A stretch of DNA of 64,000 nucleotides from a virus. Shown here piece by piece: positions 22,301-28,466 of the stretch (position 1 is its first letter; each line of letters starts with the position of its first letter). Location: positions 32,001 through 96,000 of the IMG/VR virus record IMGVR_UViG_3300006947_000003. The stretch is one strand, 5' to 3'. The notes beneath the pieces are model-generated. The model was not told the origin of the DNA and made no database searches. It saw only the letters and a program-made list of their open reading frames with translations. The translations under genes and the position numbers were made by a program.

Positions 22301-23332
22301 AAATACACCTTGTCTATCTACTGTGGATACTTGCCCTGTTGTTACTGAAAAGCCTGTATCAATATACGGTGCTGTTGTGTAATCTACACCAGTAGTTGTC
22401 CAGTTATTATTATCTGTTAATGAGTCTGAATTTTGTAAAAATGTAACTGTTTTGCCTTCTAACACCCGTTGATTGTCTATACCGTTCGCAGATGAAATTA
22501 GATCCTCTGCATTGCGGCCTTGTACTTTATTCCATGCTAGATCACTTACTAAATTAACATCTTGTAAAAGCGTTAAATTAGTATCAAACCATGATTGAGC
22601 ATCCACTTGGGGTACTGTAAATGTTAAACTAGTTTTGCTACCGTTGTTTTCGACGCCATAAATTTCTCTAGTGCTTTTTGTAGGTGACGTTGTTTCTACC
22701 CCTGTGATTGAGCCTTCTTCTGTTTGTATATAAAAATCTGCTGTTTGGTCCGCAGTAAACGTGTATGTGCCACCACGTACTAGGTATATTGTAGGATTAT
22801 TTCCAGCTATCTCAGTAACAGTAAATCTGTTGTTTACTGAATCATATGTAGTAGTCCACGATCCGGTCGTTTTAATTTTACTACCTGTTACATTAACAGC
22901 ATTTGGTCCATCTTTAAGCCAATAGTAACTACCGTAGTTTATAAGTGAATCAAAATTAATAAATCCTGCCCAGTTGTAAAACTCCTCATCAAAAAGTTTA
23001 TTGTGATTAGTTGTGTTGACACTATTGTTTTTTAATTTATAAAGTAAATCGTCATATGTTATAATAGATCCTACAGAGTTATCGCTAGTAATAGAAGAGT
23101 CTTTTTTAACTACGATAGCAGGTTCTAGTTGATAGTCCCTTCGGAGACCAGTTGAATTTATGTAGTTGTCAGTGCTTTTATAACCCGGTGAATATTTACG
23201 ACCTACGTATCCGTCAAGCCTTTGAAGGTTAGCACTATTCATCAACTGGTCTAGTGTAGCACTTAAGAACTTTTTGTTCTTATCTGATTGATATGCTTGA
23301 GGTAAAAATGAACTTGTCTTTCTCTTAGCCAT
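10343..23332 (-). CDS. Giant baseplate wedge protein (gp7-like position), 4329 aa
   Basis: Uninterrupted 13-kb ORF directly after gp6-like gene; contains propeller-like FG...VVGAP repeats, GDGT.TFT Ig-like repeats and a VKPYH motif. Confidence 0.7.
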   Translation of the reverse strand: MAKRKTSSFLPQAYQSDKNKKFLSATLDQLMNSANLQRLDGYVGRKYSPGYKSTDNYINSTGLRRDYQLEPAIVVKKDSSITSDNSVGSIITYDDLLYKLKNNSVNTTNHNKLFDEEFYNWAGFINFDSLINYGSYYWLKDGPNAVNVTGSKIKTTGSWTTTYDSVNNRFTVTEIAGNNPTIYLVRGGTYTFTADQTADFYIQTEEGSITGVETTSPTKSTREIYGVENNGSKTSLTFTVPQVDAQSWFDTNLTLLQDVNLVSDLAWNKVQGRNAEDLISSANGIDNQRVLEGKTVTFLQNSDSLTDNNNWTTTGVDYTTAPYIDTGFSVTTGQVSTVDRQGVFRINIVNSRIVLSKIANVTFTDKIYITEGTTYAGRHFYKETSTNHLTVVPVLTAKLDTLYYQHGTNKTTYGTIKIANAVTTSIESTDFLGKKTYTAPNGIVFTNGLKITFDTTISETKYQNKSYYIEGVGDKIHLVDTTLVAPETDLDNKDYIVMTRGATDKNAWSRGNKWFHKDIITTTATYNSEVTIIDDSLRAVRPIIQYDAGLHLFNHGTIGVSGMELIDTTTTDALSSVHGSSGYYVDGVSLSGLDNIIFAKDNDLQTRKNPWAIGWRDIDGDSTAETMTLTDYDKETVTTGSSIYFSKGTVGKGKTYHWDGANWIASQTKTKVNQYPIFKLYDSTGININDTTTYPASDFLGNSLFKYTLGTGKNDTIIGIPLKYRTFNNVGDILFDNTYVNDTFNYKKTTGVATVSTATTLAKKTHPYSNTVSYTNGWEKGIQHSRQFQQIEYTVDDIAIKSYDLGANPDTSVTALPNVFVYINNKRTTAFTIALQNGLYSCKLTNTQVLGDSITIQFFSKTTSKSAYYVVPKNLESNGQNEKFTNITLGQLQNHVSALVDTNKFFTGSLQGSNNLRDLENYKATEGLITQHSSSMILPMLLSQQSELNYVDSLKFANSEYEKFKSKFLTTLETLDNLDLTNVSATVDTVMESVNANKSSTFPFYTSDMIPYGADADVITYTITDDRDKTYEVSSVFDNTVPGNRAILVYLNNAQLYHGLDYTFETESSNVKIIKTITIGDVLKIVDYTNTLGNYVAPTPTKLGLYPKFKPEIVSDDTYAVTQNVIVGHDGSRTIAYGDNRDNVILELEKRMYNNIKTEYQETVFNIKKYTPGRFRATDITEAQVNDILEDEFLRWVTKHRIPYTENTTFDANVSTTWNYKNFTDSVDKTVLQQGHWKGLFRYYFDTYKPHTNSWEMFGWSQKPSWWETRYGPAPYTSGNKVLWNDVKNGHRYTSAKVDGYTVDLLYKRADIYSLIPVTENGQLKSPIDCLSPNSGDLSPSHAWKFGDGAASEHAWRNSSSYPFSVQHLMSLIRPAEYLSQVFNKSQIVRNTLTDQLVMTLTNQRQTPTDLKVDTSTTRYEGCGNYVADYLRWLNVDVKTNLTNIITTLDIKLVHKLEGYTDKKLIKVLAEQVSPSSTSNSVYIPDEDYSVHLHKTGPIKSIPYSGVIVQGNASGYTVYGYDLTNPRFTIHKPIENGNFRIHDVNEEKITEWEDYYVEESAVAYGTTFNTKQDVADFMFSYQKYLTTSGYDFDNRMEDFGSQKIVANWAMSVKEFVHWSGQGWLPGSVITLSPSSSRIRCITPIGIADALSNSQAQTNVLNQKYEPLRPNTYKMSRSDGEFELYPNLDKGGIYFVNTKLVQYEHVLVFNNITKFNDVIYQPGLGNRQHRLRLVGYKTGGWDGSLTAEGFIYNDGDVPSWVANTNYVRGDIVTFRDLMYTSKTNHTSTALFIYENWTQTDSFKIGLLPNFDTLGKNFESFYDVNTVNLESETDKYGKGAISYQNRSYFDQIGLDDVSQVKFYQGMLQEKGTKNAVDKLIRSKFDQISSDISYYEEWAIRNAAYGATDLNSRVEILLDEEGFTDNPQPITLHKTTQNKSDVNSKVEYTTSQLYKAPSDITYDWVPVRKPFVSGHKNNIFYDELYPNVGYPKLTDADGTLFYNKDADTLKDILYKIKIGFTLWIAEDSTGDWDMRYLDTTATEVVNCDGGADGETYTWTTTDNHSLAVGDIIAIKNYHTDGTTVTRNGVYDIRTIPTLQSFTTSGPGVSGKNAEAGSTVILKFKSIRFKDGEKITAPKLGWSTNDKFYIDKDDSGSWLVAKKNTKYTESQAITPLLGVADEEFGDAICSDINNQWLVVGQKSKNKLQIYTPKPVNMTHSAVIETTIPNIDELGASISTGSPTERPFKNNENYIDHRGKYEEWDNGKRWIVAGAPNSNSGKGAVLFYYYDAKSGTFLPGTISQPLGLTTSAKFGTDVKMSANELWCVVSAPGDKKVFVYNRVYAKPDAILTQTFIGDGSDTTFTLTSLGSPGSAEELYIRIGGTDYVAGRDYTYNPITKVITFTTAPVASSDISVTSLGGWRLVETFTGTDTDYGKTISIDSQGRHITIGSPNRSTVGDDSTSRMGAVEVKTRHWQCFVGDGTTKTFTAEGSSASYITVAVNGTNITKQPTVWSSSGNTITFVTAPITGDEIALWTDRWRQLQMISPSDIAKQVDGQFGSSSIAIDESAQTVYVGVPERDGVVENSGTVSIFERNQNIVNDKCVVTSSPEGFTSYNSGESFFINGYKVTSTTTTLSGIVIDINNANIPGITASSAGTVLTVTSSVGKMNSIIVTPGVTGTIFKDIGLAPWFNSTTLTLNQEITAGHKFGENIKVSRNNNLLVVGCPSGSSRVYTTVDLKNTIFDSSGTRFTANRFFTGSTHVFQKLGNSWVEADNLYTNNLSSNDKFGSSIAITNDTIYVSAPLDDDGITLNTGKVLTYKKTGDLFSVDAKEEPLVDIDRINKVFLYNKETNKIVTYLDYIDPIKGKIIGAAEQNIDYKTTWDPAVYNYSDGTKDVNKSDAYWNQDIFIGKIWWDINELKFINYEQGNADYKSLFWGGLFPGSTIGIYQWTESTVKPSVYTGGTAKYGDSAYVEIQKINTITNLLETKYYFWATSKTTVHEGKTLSTETIKKLITDPVTNGSAYAQFIGKNQVALVNTAKYIEANNTVLAVEYDKKPNDKILHTEWELIPEGSTQLEIPVDLFKKIKDSLAGADKQGNIVPDINLSVGDKYGIDIRPRQGVFMNRYLALKEYITYVNAVIKKYNISDSLDYSVLNEEEPLPLTTSLEYNETVNSITELGYIRVALKETGYKVAVITDSVVNGRWSIHTLQSDNTWLRSRTQSYDTKKFWAFIDWYDTGYSTDTNIDYRYTDFNKVYENATTIADKSIIKITKGTSWDLYIKTSGKHTLIGQKDGTLKFGDDLYDYVKTSYGFDTDGYDFNLMDTEPQIETRNIIDAIKDQILVHDLKNEHNKLMFVLLKFVLQEQSHVDWMFKTSFIQVKHNLRALDQFPTYQRDNQEFVKSYINEVKPYHSKIREYVLGYTKLETYLGDTSDFDLPATYDSITKTFRSPNKEKGHDATTLTTNTAYKMWKDNHSYYVDDIRINWQGTGYTTAPVITIAAAPAGGVTATATCTISGGRVNSVTVTTKGSGYLTTPAITITGGSPTIATNLYAVIKNNNIRKIKETLKFDRIKFSSDVKTWTKNTAYTTTDIIQHLKEAYTVNTGFTSGATFDSDNLTIKADATFNNAMDRTMAYYSPKAGQDAVDLGAIFKGITYPGTKVQGPLFSDEPNFDHSAFDTEPFDNFEIDSDGRFILSSKDIDLTLQGKFDDTQLGLRPEDIIVDGSSKFVDAYSSHAPEEFVPGRVFDSLSINVFTSPSTDTDNDDALGFPIYSINYKGDGTNKVFKFGDDKTGTDQAVLVYSRSSGKVSSTLYTVDWVDNKITFTTAPVNNEIIHLTSFGNTGNSVLLDFEQQAIAGQTVVNLPIAYSLISTKQNFITVNGVHNTTGTLAASGTETTWTPATALSATDQVRVMLFDVASSATRTFSKVTIDDWTVTDSTRTFTLTDGADTFLARTDKIIVELNGTRLRPPVFTYLTNDSSSATYDLSTKADIDHATLTKSDTRVYINGVQTTNYSIVTGSDSTIKAVQLDEAPSASSKIDVAVTTNADYILTDATTLTITGGTWSGSDSLVVTTFNNHNKLKVTTETFKGGSTSAITTDIGFDVRGFESVPFDAVTASVVNIAEFSLFRNPTNVSYLWVTKNGVKMVPNYDYKLLGSKLAFASTLQATDITIITQFTEEIIQPAIGFKIFKDLFDKNHYYRISNKHKATTAAELLSSHTEIVVNNAQQFAVPDDTSNMPGIVWIGGERIEYLHLDIATNTISRLRRGTSGTHIPASHPIHSDVIDVSTRQEIPSAHDKTWYTTQGSNASNGLGLQNSTTTQANFLLDEPTYIKS

Positions 23333-26300
23333 TAGTAAGAAGAACTCCCGCTAGTTGTTACAGCACTTGCTGTAGTGTTTGTTGTAGTCTGCAGACTCGC
23401 AATGGAGCCACCTGCTTGAATTTTTGTAGCTGTTATACTGTCAATTATTTCTACATCATCAACAGTAGCACCGTTAATTAATACCTCATCGTGATTGCTA
23501 CGTATTTGGAATAGACTTCCAAATACTTGAGATGTGCTTTTAGGAACAATAACAACAGAACTTATCTTAGTTGCTAATGAGTTGTGTAAGTACGCCCCTA
23601 ATTCAGAGAAGTAAAAAGTGTCACCAAAGTCCCAATTTGATACATGAAAATAAGTGTTAATTGCTTCGATAACAGAAGCTTTAATTTCTGAATCACTTAT
23701 ACCTATGTTTGGGTTTTTTACGACCTTAAATGATGCTTGTAAACTAGTATCTGCGTTTGGTCCAAATAACGGTTTAAATTTAGCTGAGTGATATATTATT
23801 GTATCTGATATGCTTTTTGAATCTTCAATTGAATTAAATGAAGTTCGCAATTCTTCCGCTGTTGGCTCATTTGGCTTTGTAACACTTGTGGTAGAATCTA
23901 TTATCCACTCTCGATATAAGTCCGCGTATGATTGTGTTAAAATGTACATATCTATTAAGTTGCTCGGGCTTGGATCAATACGCCTGTTGTTAGGAGCATT
24001 GTGCTTGTATTGGAATTTTAAATTGTTACGACCTATGTAAACTTTATAAGCTGAAGCAGTAGCACTTGTTCCGGCTGTAAATTGTGAACCAGGCGAAGCG
24101 TTAACACTCATTTGTAATGTATTATTATTATTTAAAAATGATGCCGCAAATTTATCATCTGTTGTGGCGTAAAATATTTTTCCTGTAGGGAATAATGCCA
24201 TATTATTTTCTGCTTCTCTCATAGTCTTATAATCATGGCAAACAGCACTACTGTCTAATGCTTGATATCTTTCAATGTTATCATAGTCATAAAACTGTTT
24301 AAAGAAAACTAGCTTTCTATCTTTTGCTAGGCCAGTTGTATCATCTGTACCTACAATATTTTTAAACATATCTGGATTGTCTGTTACGCTATCGCTGTCA
24401 GCATCTCCGAGTGTTACTTTAACTTTTGTATTGTCTTTGAATCCGTCACTCTCAGTTACCATATTAATAATATCTAAAGCATAATCTTCTTCAAGTGGAT
24501 TATTATTACTTGGGTTGTTGTTAACTTTTAATACGGTACACCGGTCTGTTATTGTACTTCCGGTAACACTATCATAAATTTTAACACCCTTATCAAAGTA
24601 AAATCTAGTTTCGTCTTTACTAGCGAAATAATAATCAAGTTGTCGACTTTTCATAGTATATTGAACACCGTCGGTTATAAATTGTACTAACCAACTAGCA
24701 TCATTTTTTGTTGATAATGTACTACCAGCATTGCTATCGCTATATGTTTTATCAACAGCTAGGTTATCGCTAGTAATAATAGACCACGTACTAGTAGTGT
24801 GATTAAATCTAATACCAAAGTCTTTGTATTCTTTAATGTTTGTTTTAATTGTAGTTTCTAATGCAGACGGTAAGTCGCTAACCCATTTTGGGAATACCTG
24901 CTCAACTGTTGCGCCTGTTGGCACTAATTCGTTAAGTGTGACAGCACCAACACCAGCGGATTTCAATCCGTTGCCTAGTGATCCTAAACCGTTTGAGTCT
25001 ACTAATTTAATAGACGACCATGTTTGCTTTGTTGCACCTAAATGGTCAGTTGTTGTACCAGCCATGTGTGTTCCGTTGGCCATAAAGTGCTTGCCGGCCT
25101 CTGGAATAAATTTAATCATACTATTTAATGTTAGGTACTGATTTAAATCTGACACACTTGCACCTATTTGTAGAACGTTGCCGGCGGAATCTTTAAAATA
25201 GCCTGTCGTAGTATTAGTTGTGCTTGACACTTTAACCCATGTAATTGTATTTGTAAAAACTTGTGGCGTAAATTTATCTAAGTAAAAGTGATACATTTCG
25301 TTACCACCTAAGTTCTTTTCTAACGTGTTTTTAATTACATTAATAATTTCATTATCATTTGTAAAACTGAATAGGTTTTTCTTAGTTGTATATTCTTTAT
25401 AAAATATACCATCGTCACTGAATATGTTTGTACTACTAAATTTGCCTGTAGTGTCTTTAACATCTAAAAATCTACTAATACCACTTGCCGCTCTATTAAC
25501 AGCTTTTGATTTAATAATACTTGTAAATTGTGTTAACGGAAAGATGTTATAATCTTCACCGTTAATCATTCTGTTTTGTGTATAATATGCCTGCGGTGCT
25601 AGTTGCTTAATGCTACTTAATGATTCTTTTCTACTTGCTGTATTAATATTTTGTTGCAGATCTAATGACAGAGTTAATGTTTCTTGTTGGTTCGTTCTAC
25701 TTATATAATTAAAACTTACTCCAACATTTAAAATATCTGTACTCTTTATAGCATATGATGTGCCAGCACTCTGTCTGTAATAACATTTAAATCTTCCTTT
25801 AGGGATATCTGCGAATACACCGTCAGCGAATATAAGTTTAATTTTATCATCTGCTTGAGATTCAACAGCAAATAATTTTCTGTTTGATGAACTTAAACTG
25901 TTATAGATAACGTTTGAACCTGCAACTGCTGGAACATTAGTCCATTGCTCGCCTACATTGCCTTTGTCATCAACTTCGTATAACCACACATCAGTGTTAT
26001 TAATATTACTTTTATCAATGTTAAATGTAATGTTAGGTAGCCCACTAGTAAGATTAAAGTCCGCCTGGCCTAGTGTGCCCTGTTTAAACATTGTAAAGAA
26101 ACCCGTGTTTGCTGACGAGTTGCCTTTGCCATCAGTTCTATATAAGAAATTATATGTTGATCCAGGAATAGGTGATTTTTCATATACATAATCTTGCCCA
26201 GATATCGTACCGTTAACTAATTCAAATTTAGTGTCAGCTCCGTTAACTGATGATGTAAATGGCAAATACGGTTGTGTTCCAGCTAATAGGTTTAGTTCGT

Positions 26301-26859
26301 ATTCTTGTGTCTTTATAGCACCTGTTGTTTTTTCTAATGCTGGTTTACCGATACGTTGTGCTGAACTCAGCGCCGCATTTATAATTGTATTAAATTGTTC
26401 CTCGTAATCAGTATTAACAGAGTCGTCCCAGTATATAGTTCGTCCACTTAAATTGTTATTAGTAGAATCGTATACTTGCTCTGTTGTGCTAATGCCTGTA
26501 ATTTTTAGCAAACCTACTGCTGTTGTATTTCTTTTAGGTTTGTATGACAACAACGTAGCAAGGCGTAATACTGAATCTTGTCGTTGTGCTGTTTCTAAAA
26601 AGTTTTCCCTGGCGTTTAAATCTTGCCTATATGCTAAACTCTGGCCAAAGAATGCAATTAAATCAATAAGGGCAATGTATTCCGAGCTTTCAACAAAATC
26701 ATTGAAATCCTCAGGATATTGTTTCCTAAGGTACGATATCATCGTAGTTCTTAATGTTTCAAAATCATAACTCTGGAAGTCAGCACTTTTAAAAGTTTGA
26801 TAAACTTTTTTCCAATCCTCACTTACAAATAAATTTGTTTGTCTTGTACTAGTAGCCAT
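23332..26859 (-). CDS. Baseplate wedge protein, gp6-like
   Basis: DFETLR...DFNDFVESS...LIDLIA...ENFLETA...LSYKPKR; ESLSSIKQLAP...QNRMINGEDY. Confidence 0.85.
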   Translation of the reverse strand: MATSTRQTNLFVSEDWKKVYQTFKSADFQSYDFETLRTTMISYLRKQYPEDFNDFVESSEYIALIDLIAFFGQSLAYRQDLNARENFLETAQRQDSVLRLATLLSYKPKRNTTAVGLLKITGISTTEQVYDSTNNNLSGRTIYWDDSVNTDYEEQFNTIINAALSSAQRIGKPALEKTTGAIKTQEYELNLLAGTQPYLPFTSSVNGADTKFELVNGTISGQDYVYEKSPIPGSTYNFLYRTDGKGNSSANTGFFTMFKQGTLGQADFNLTSGLPNITFNIDKSNINNTDVWLYEVDDKGNVGEQWTNVPAVAGSNVIYNSLSSSNRKLFAVESQADDKIKLIFADGVFADIPKGRFKCYYRQSAGTSYAIKSTDILNVGVSFNYISRTNQQETLTLSLDLQQNINTASRKESLSSIKQLAPQAYYTQNRMINGEDYNIFPLTQFTSIIKSKAVNRAASGISRFLDVKDTTGKFSSTNIFSDDGIFYKEYTTKKNLFSFTNDNEIINVIKNTLEKNLGGNEMYHFYLDKFTPQVFTNTITWVKVSSTTNTTTGYFKDSAGNVLQIGASVSDLNQYLTLNSMIKFIPEAGKHFMANGTHMAGTTTDHLGATKQTWSSIKLVDSNGLGSLGNGLKSAGVGAVTLNELVPTGATVEQVFPKWVSDLPSALETTIKTNIKEYKDFGIRFNHTTSTWSIITSDNLAVDKTYSDSNAGSTLSTKNDASWLVQFITDGVQYTMKSRQLDYYFASKDETRFYFDKGVKIYDSVTGSTITDRCTVLKVNNNPSNNNPLEEDYALDIINMVTESDGFKDNTKVKVTLGDADSDSVTDNPDMFKNIVGTDDTTGLAKDRKLVFFKQFYDYDNIERYQALDSSAVCHDYKTMREAENNMALFPTGKIFYATTDDKFAASFLNNNNTLQMSVNASPGSQFTAGTSATASAYKVYIGRNNLKFQYKHNAPNNRRIDPSPSNLIDMYILTQSYADLYREWIIDSTTSVTKPNEPTAEELRTSFNSIEDSKSISDTIIYHSAKFKPLFGPNADTSLQASFKVVKNPNIGISDSEIKASVIEAINTYFHVSNWDFGDTFYFSELGAYLHNSLATKISSVVIVPKSTSQVFGSLFQIRSNHDEVLINGATVDDVEIIDSITATKIQAGGSIASLQTTTNTTASAVTTSGSSSY

Positions 26860-27256
26860 TTGCTGTTCCTGTGTTTGAAGATCCTAACGAAACACTAGAT
26901 GCTTCTTTGTTAAATGTAAATAACATTTTTTCAACTTGGTTAGTTGGAATATATTTAAGCGTCATTGAAATCTTTATTCCGTGTTCGTGTGTTGTAGGCG
27001 TAATATTTAGCAATGATAACCTAGGATCATTATTTCCTATCGCTGTAATGTTTTCAATTAAGGCATCATACATTTCGTCCGTAAATGGATCGTATAACAT
27101 GTCCCATACTATACAACCAAAGTCAGGTCGCATAATTCTTTCACCTCGACGAACATTTAAATTATTTTGTAAGTCGATTTTAGCCGCTAAATAGTCAGTT
27201 ACGGTCGGTGTAGCAAAATCGCTACCAGTTGTTGAAAAGCCTCTGTATATACTCAT
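26849..27256 (-). CDS. Baseplate wedge subunit, gp25-like
   Basis: RRGERIMRPDFGC...LYDP...DPR motifs. Confidence 0.85.
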   Translation of the reverse strand: MSIYRGFSTTGSDFATPTVTDYLAAKIDLQNNLNVRRGERIMRPDFGCIVWDMLYDPFTDEMYDALIENITAIGNNDPRLSLLNITPTTHEHGIKISMTLKYIPTNQVEKMLFTFNKEASSVSLGSSNTGTANGY

Positions 27257-27269
27257 ATAAATATTTATC
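27256..27269. promoter_or_regulatory. Overlapping divergent late promoters
   Basis: Plus-strand TATAAATA (27256-27263) and minus-strand GATAAATA (27269-27262) within the palindrome ATAAATATTTAT. Confidence 0.55.
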
Positions 27270-27297
27270 GTAATAGTAAAGTGAGCACTTAATTTTT

Positions 27298-28455
27298 ATG
27301 TTCGATTTTAATAAAATAGATTCTTTTCAGGTAGAAACGTCAACATATTGTAATGTAGCGTGTCCATTGTGCCCTCGGCACTTCATGGGTACTAGTATTG
27401 TTCGCCCTACTTTACGCCAAAGACACATACTTGCTCCTCAATGGAACAAGTTTTTAGCAGATATGGACCATATTGCTACTACAACGCACCCTGTTAATAT
27501 GGTTTTCTGTGGATGTCACGGTGATCCACCTATGACTCCTGACTGGGAAGAAATTATTATTAACACAGCAAATAGAAATTATATCATTGATGTTGAAACA
27601 AATGGTAGTATGCGAACACCAGACAGCTGGGCAAGAGTAGGGAAAGCAATGGGCGAAGCTGAACAGCGCCTAGGACAAGAAAAAATAGTATCATTTAGCA
27701 TAGATGGACTACAAGATACAAACAAATTATATCGTATAGGCATTAAACACGAAAGAACAATAGCAAATGCAAAGGCATTTATAGATGCGGGCGGTAAAGC
27801 AAGGTGGAAGTTTATTGTATTTGAACACAATAAACACCAAGTAGAAGAAGCACAGCAAATAGCAAAGGATATGGGTTTTTGGGAATTTGATAAACATGTT
27901 TCAACAAGAAACTTTGAATACAACCACACAGAAGTTGAAAATAAAAACACCGAGGCAAGAAGAAGTAATGCTGTGGAATTAAATGTACCTCAATCGATAG
28001 AAGTAGAAACAGATATTAAAAAAGCAAAAAGAGGAACAGGTGGTAAAATATCAGACACAAAAAAAGAGTTAAACATTACTGATGAGGGTGCTAAAATTTA
28101 TAGAGAAGTAGTCGAATCGTCTGATATGTCAAAAATTACCTGTGATTTTAAAGAAAGCAAAATGATGTATATTGATAGTGAAATGAATTTGTGGCCCTGT
28201 AATCATATTGCGGCAACAAAGCAAGAAGATATGACACATTATAATAAGTTAGAAAAAGAATACGGTGTAGGATGGAACAATTTAGAACATCATACAGCAG
28301 AAGATATATTTTATCACGAGTATTTTCAAAAGATTTTACCTACTACATGGAAAGATCCAAGTCACAAGTTATGTACTTACGAATGTCAAGAAATGTGTGG
28401 CGGTGGGTTACATAGTAAGGCTTGGGTGGCTAGTACAAATAGAGAAGAATTATAG
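27298..28455 (+). CDS. Radical SAM protein with Cys-rich SPASM/twitch-like C-terminus
   Basis: CNVACPLC (CxxxCxxC), GDP, TNG, FSIDG; C-terminal C...WPC...C..C...C. Confidence 0.85.
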   Translation: MFDFNKIDSFQVETSTYCNVACPLCPRHFMGTSIVRPTLRQRHILAPQWNKFLADMDHIATTTHPVNMVFCGCHGDPPMTPDWEEIIINTANRNYIIDVETNGSMRTPDSWARVGKAMGEAEQRLGQEKIVSFSIDGLQDTNKLYRIGIKHERTIANAKAFIDAGGKARWKFIVFEHNKHQVEEAQQIAKDMGFWEFDKHVSTRNFEYNHTEVENKNTEARRSNAVELNVPQSIEVETDIKKAKRGTGGKISDTKKELNITDEGAKIYREVVESSDMSKITCDFKESKMMYIDSEMNLWPCNHIAATKQEDMTHYNKLEKEYGVGWNNLEHHTAEDIFYHEYFQKILPTTWKDPSHKLCTYECQEMCGGGLHSKAWVASTNREEL

Positions 28456-28466
28456 TTGTTGTATTT

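Noticed and set aside
11343-27194. Many short plus-strand ORFs opposite the baseplate genes
   Set aside because: They are antisense shadows of long recognisable genes, with no RBS or motifs. The same applies to short antisense ORFs elsewhere in the window.
27298-28455. Immunity gene for the PAAR-fused enzyme
   Set aside because: The gene is convergent rather than co-transcribed and is clearly a radical SAM enzyme.
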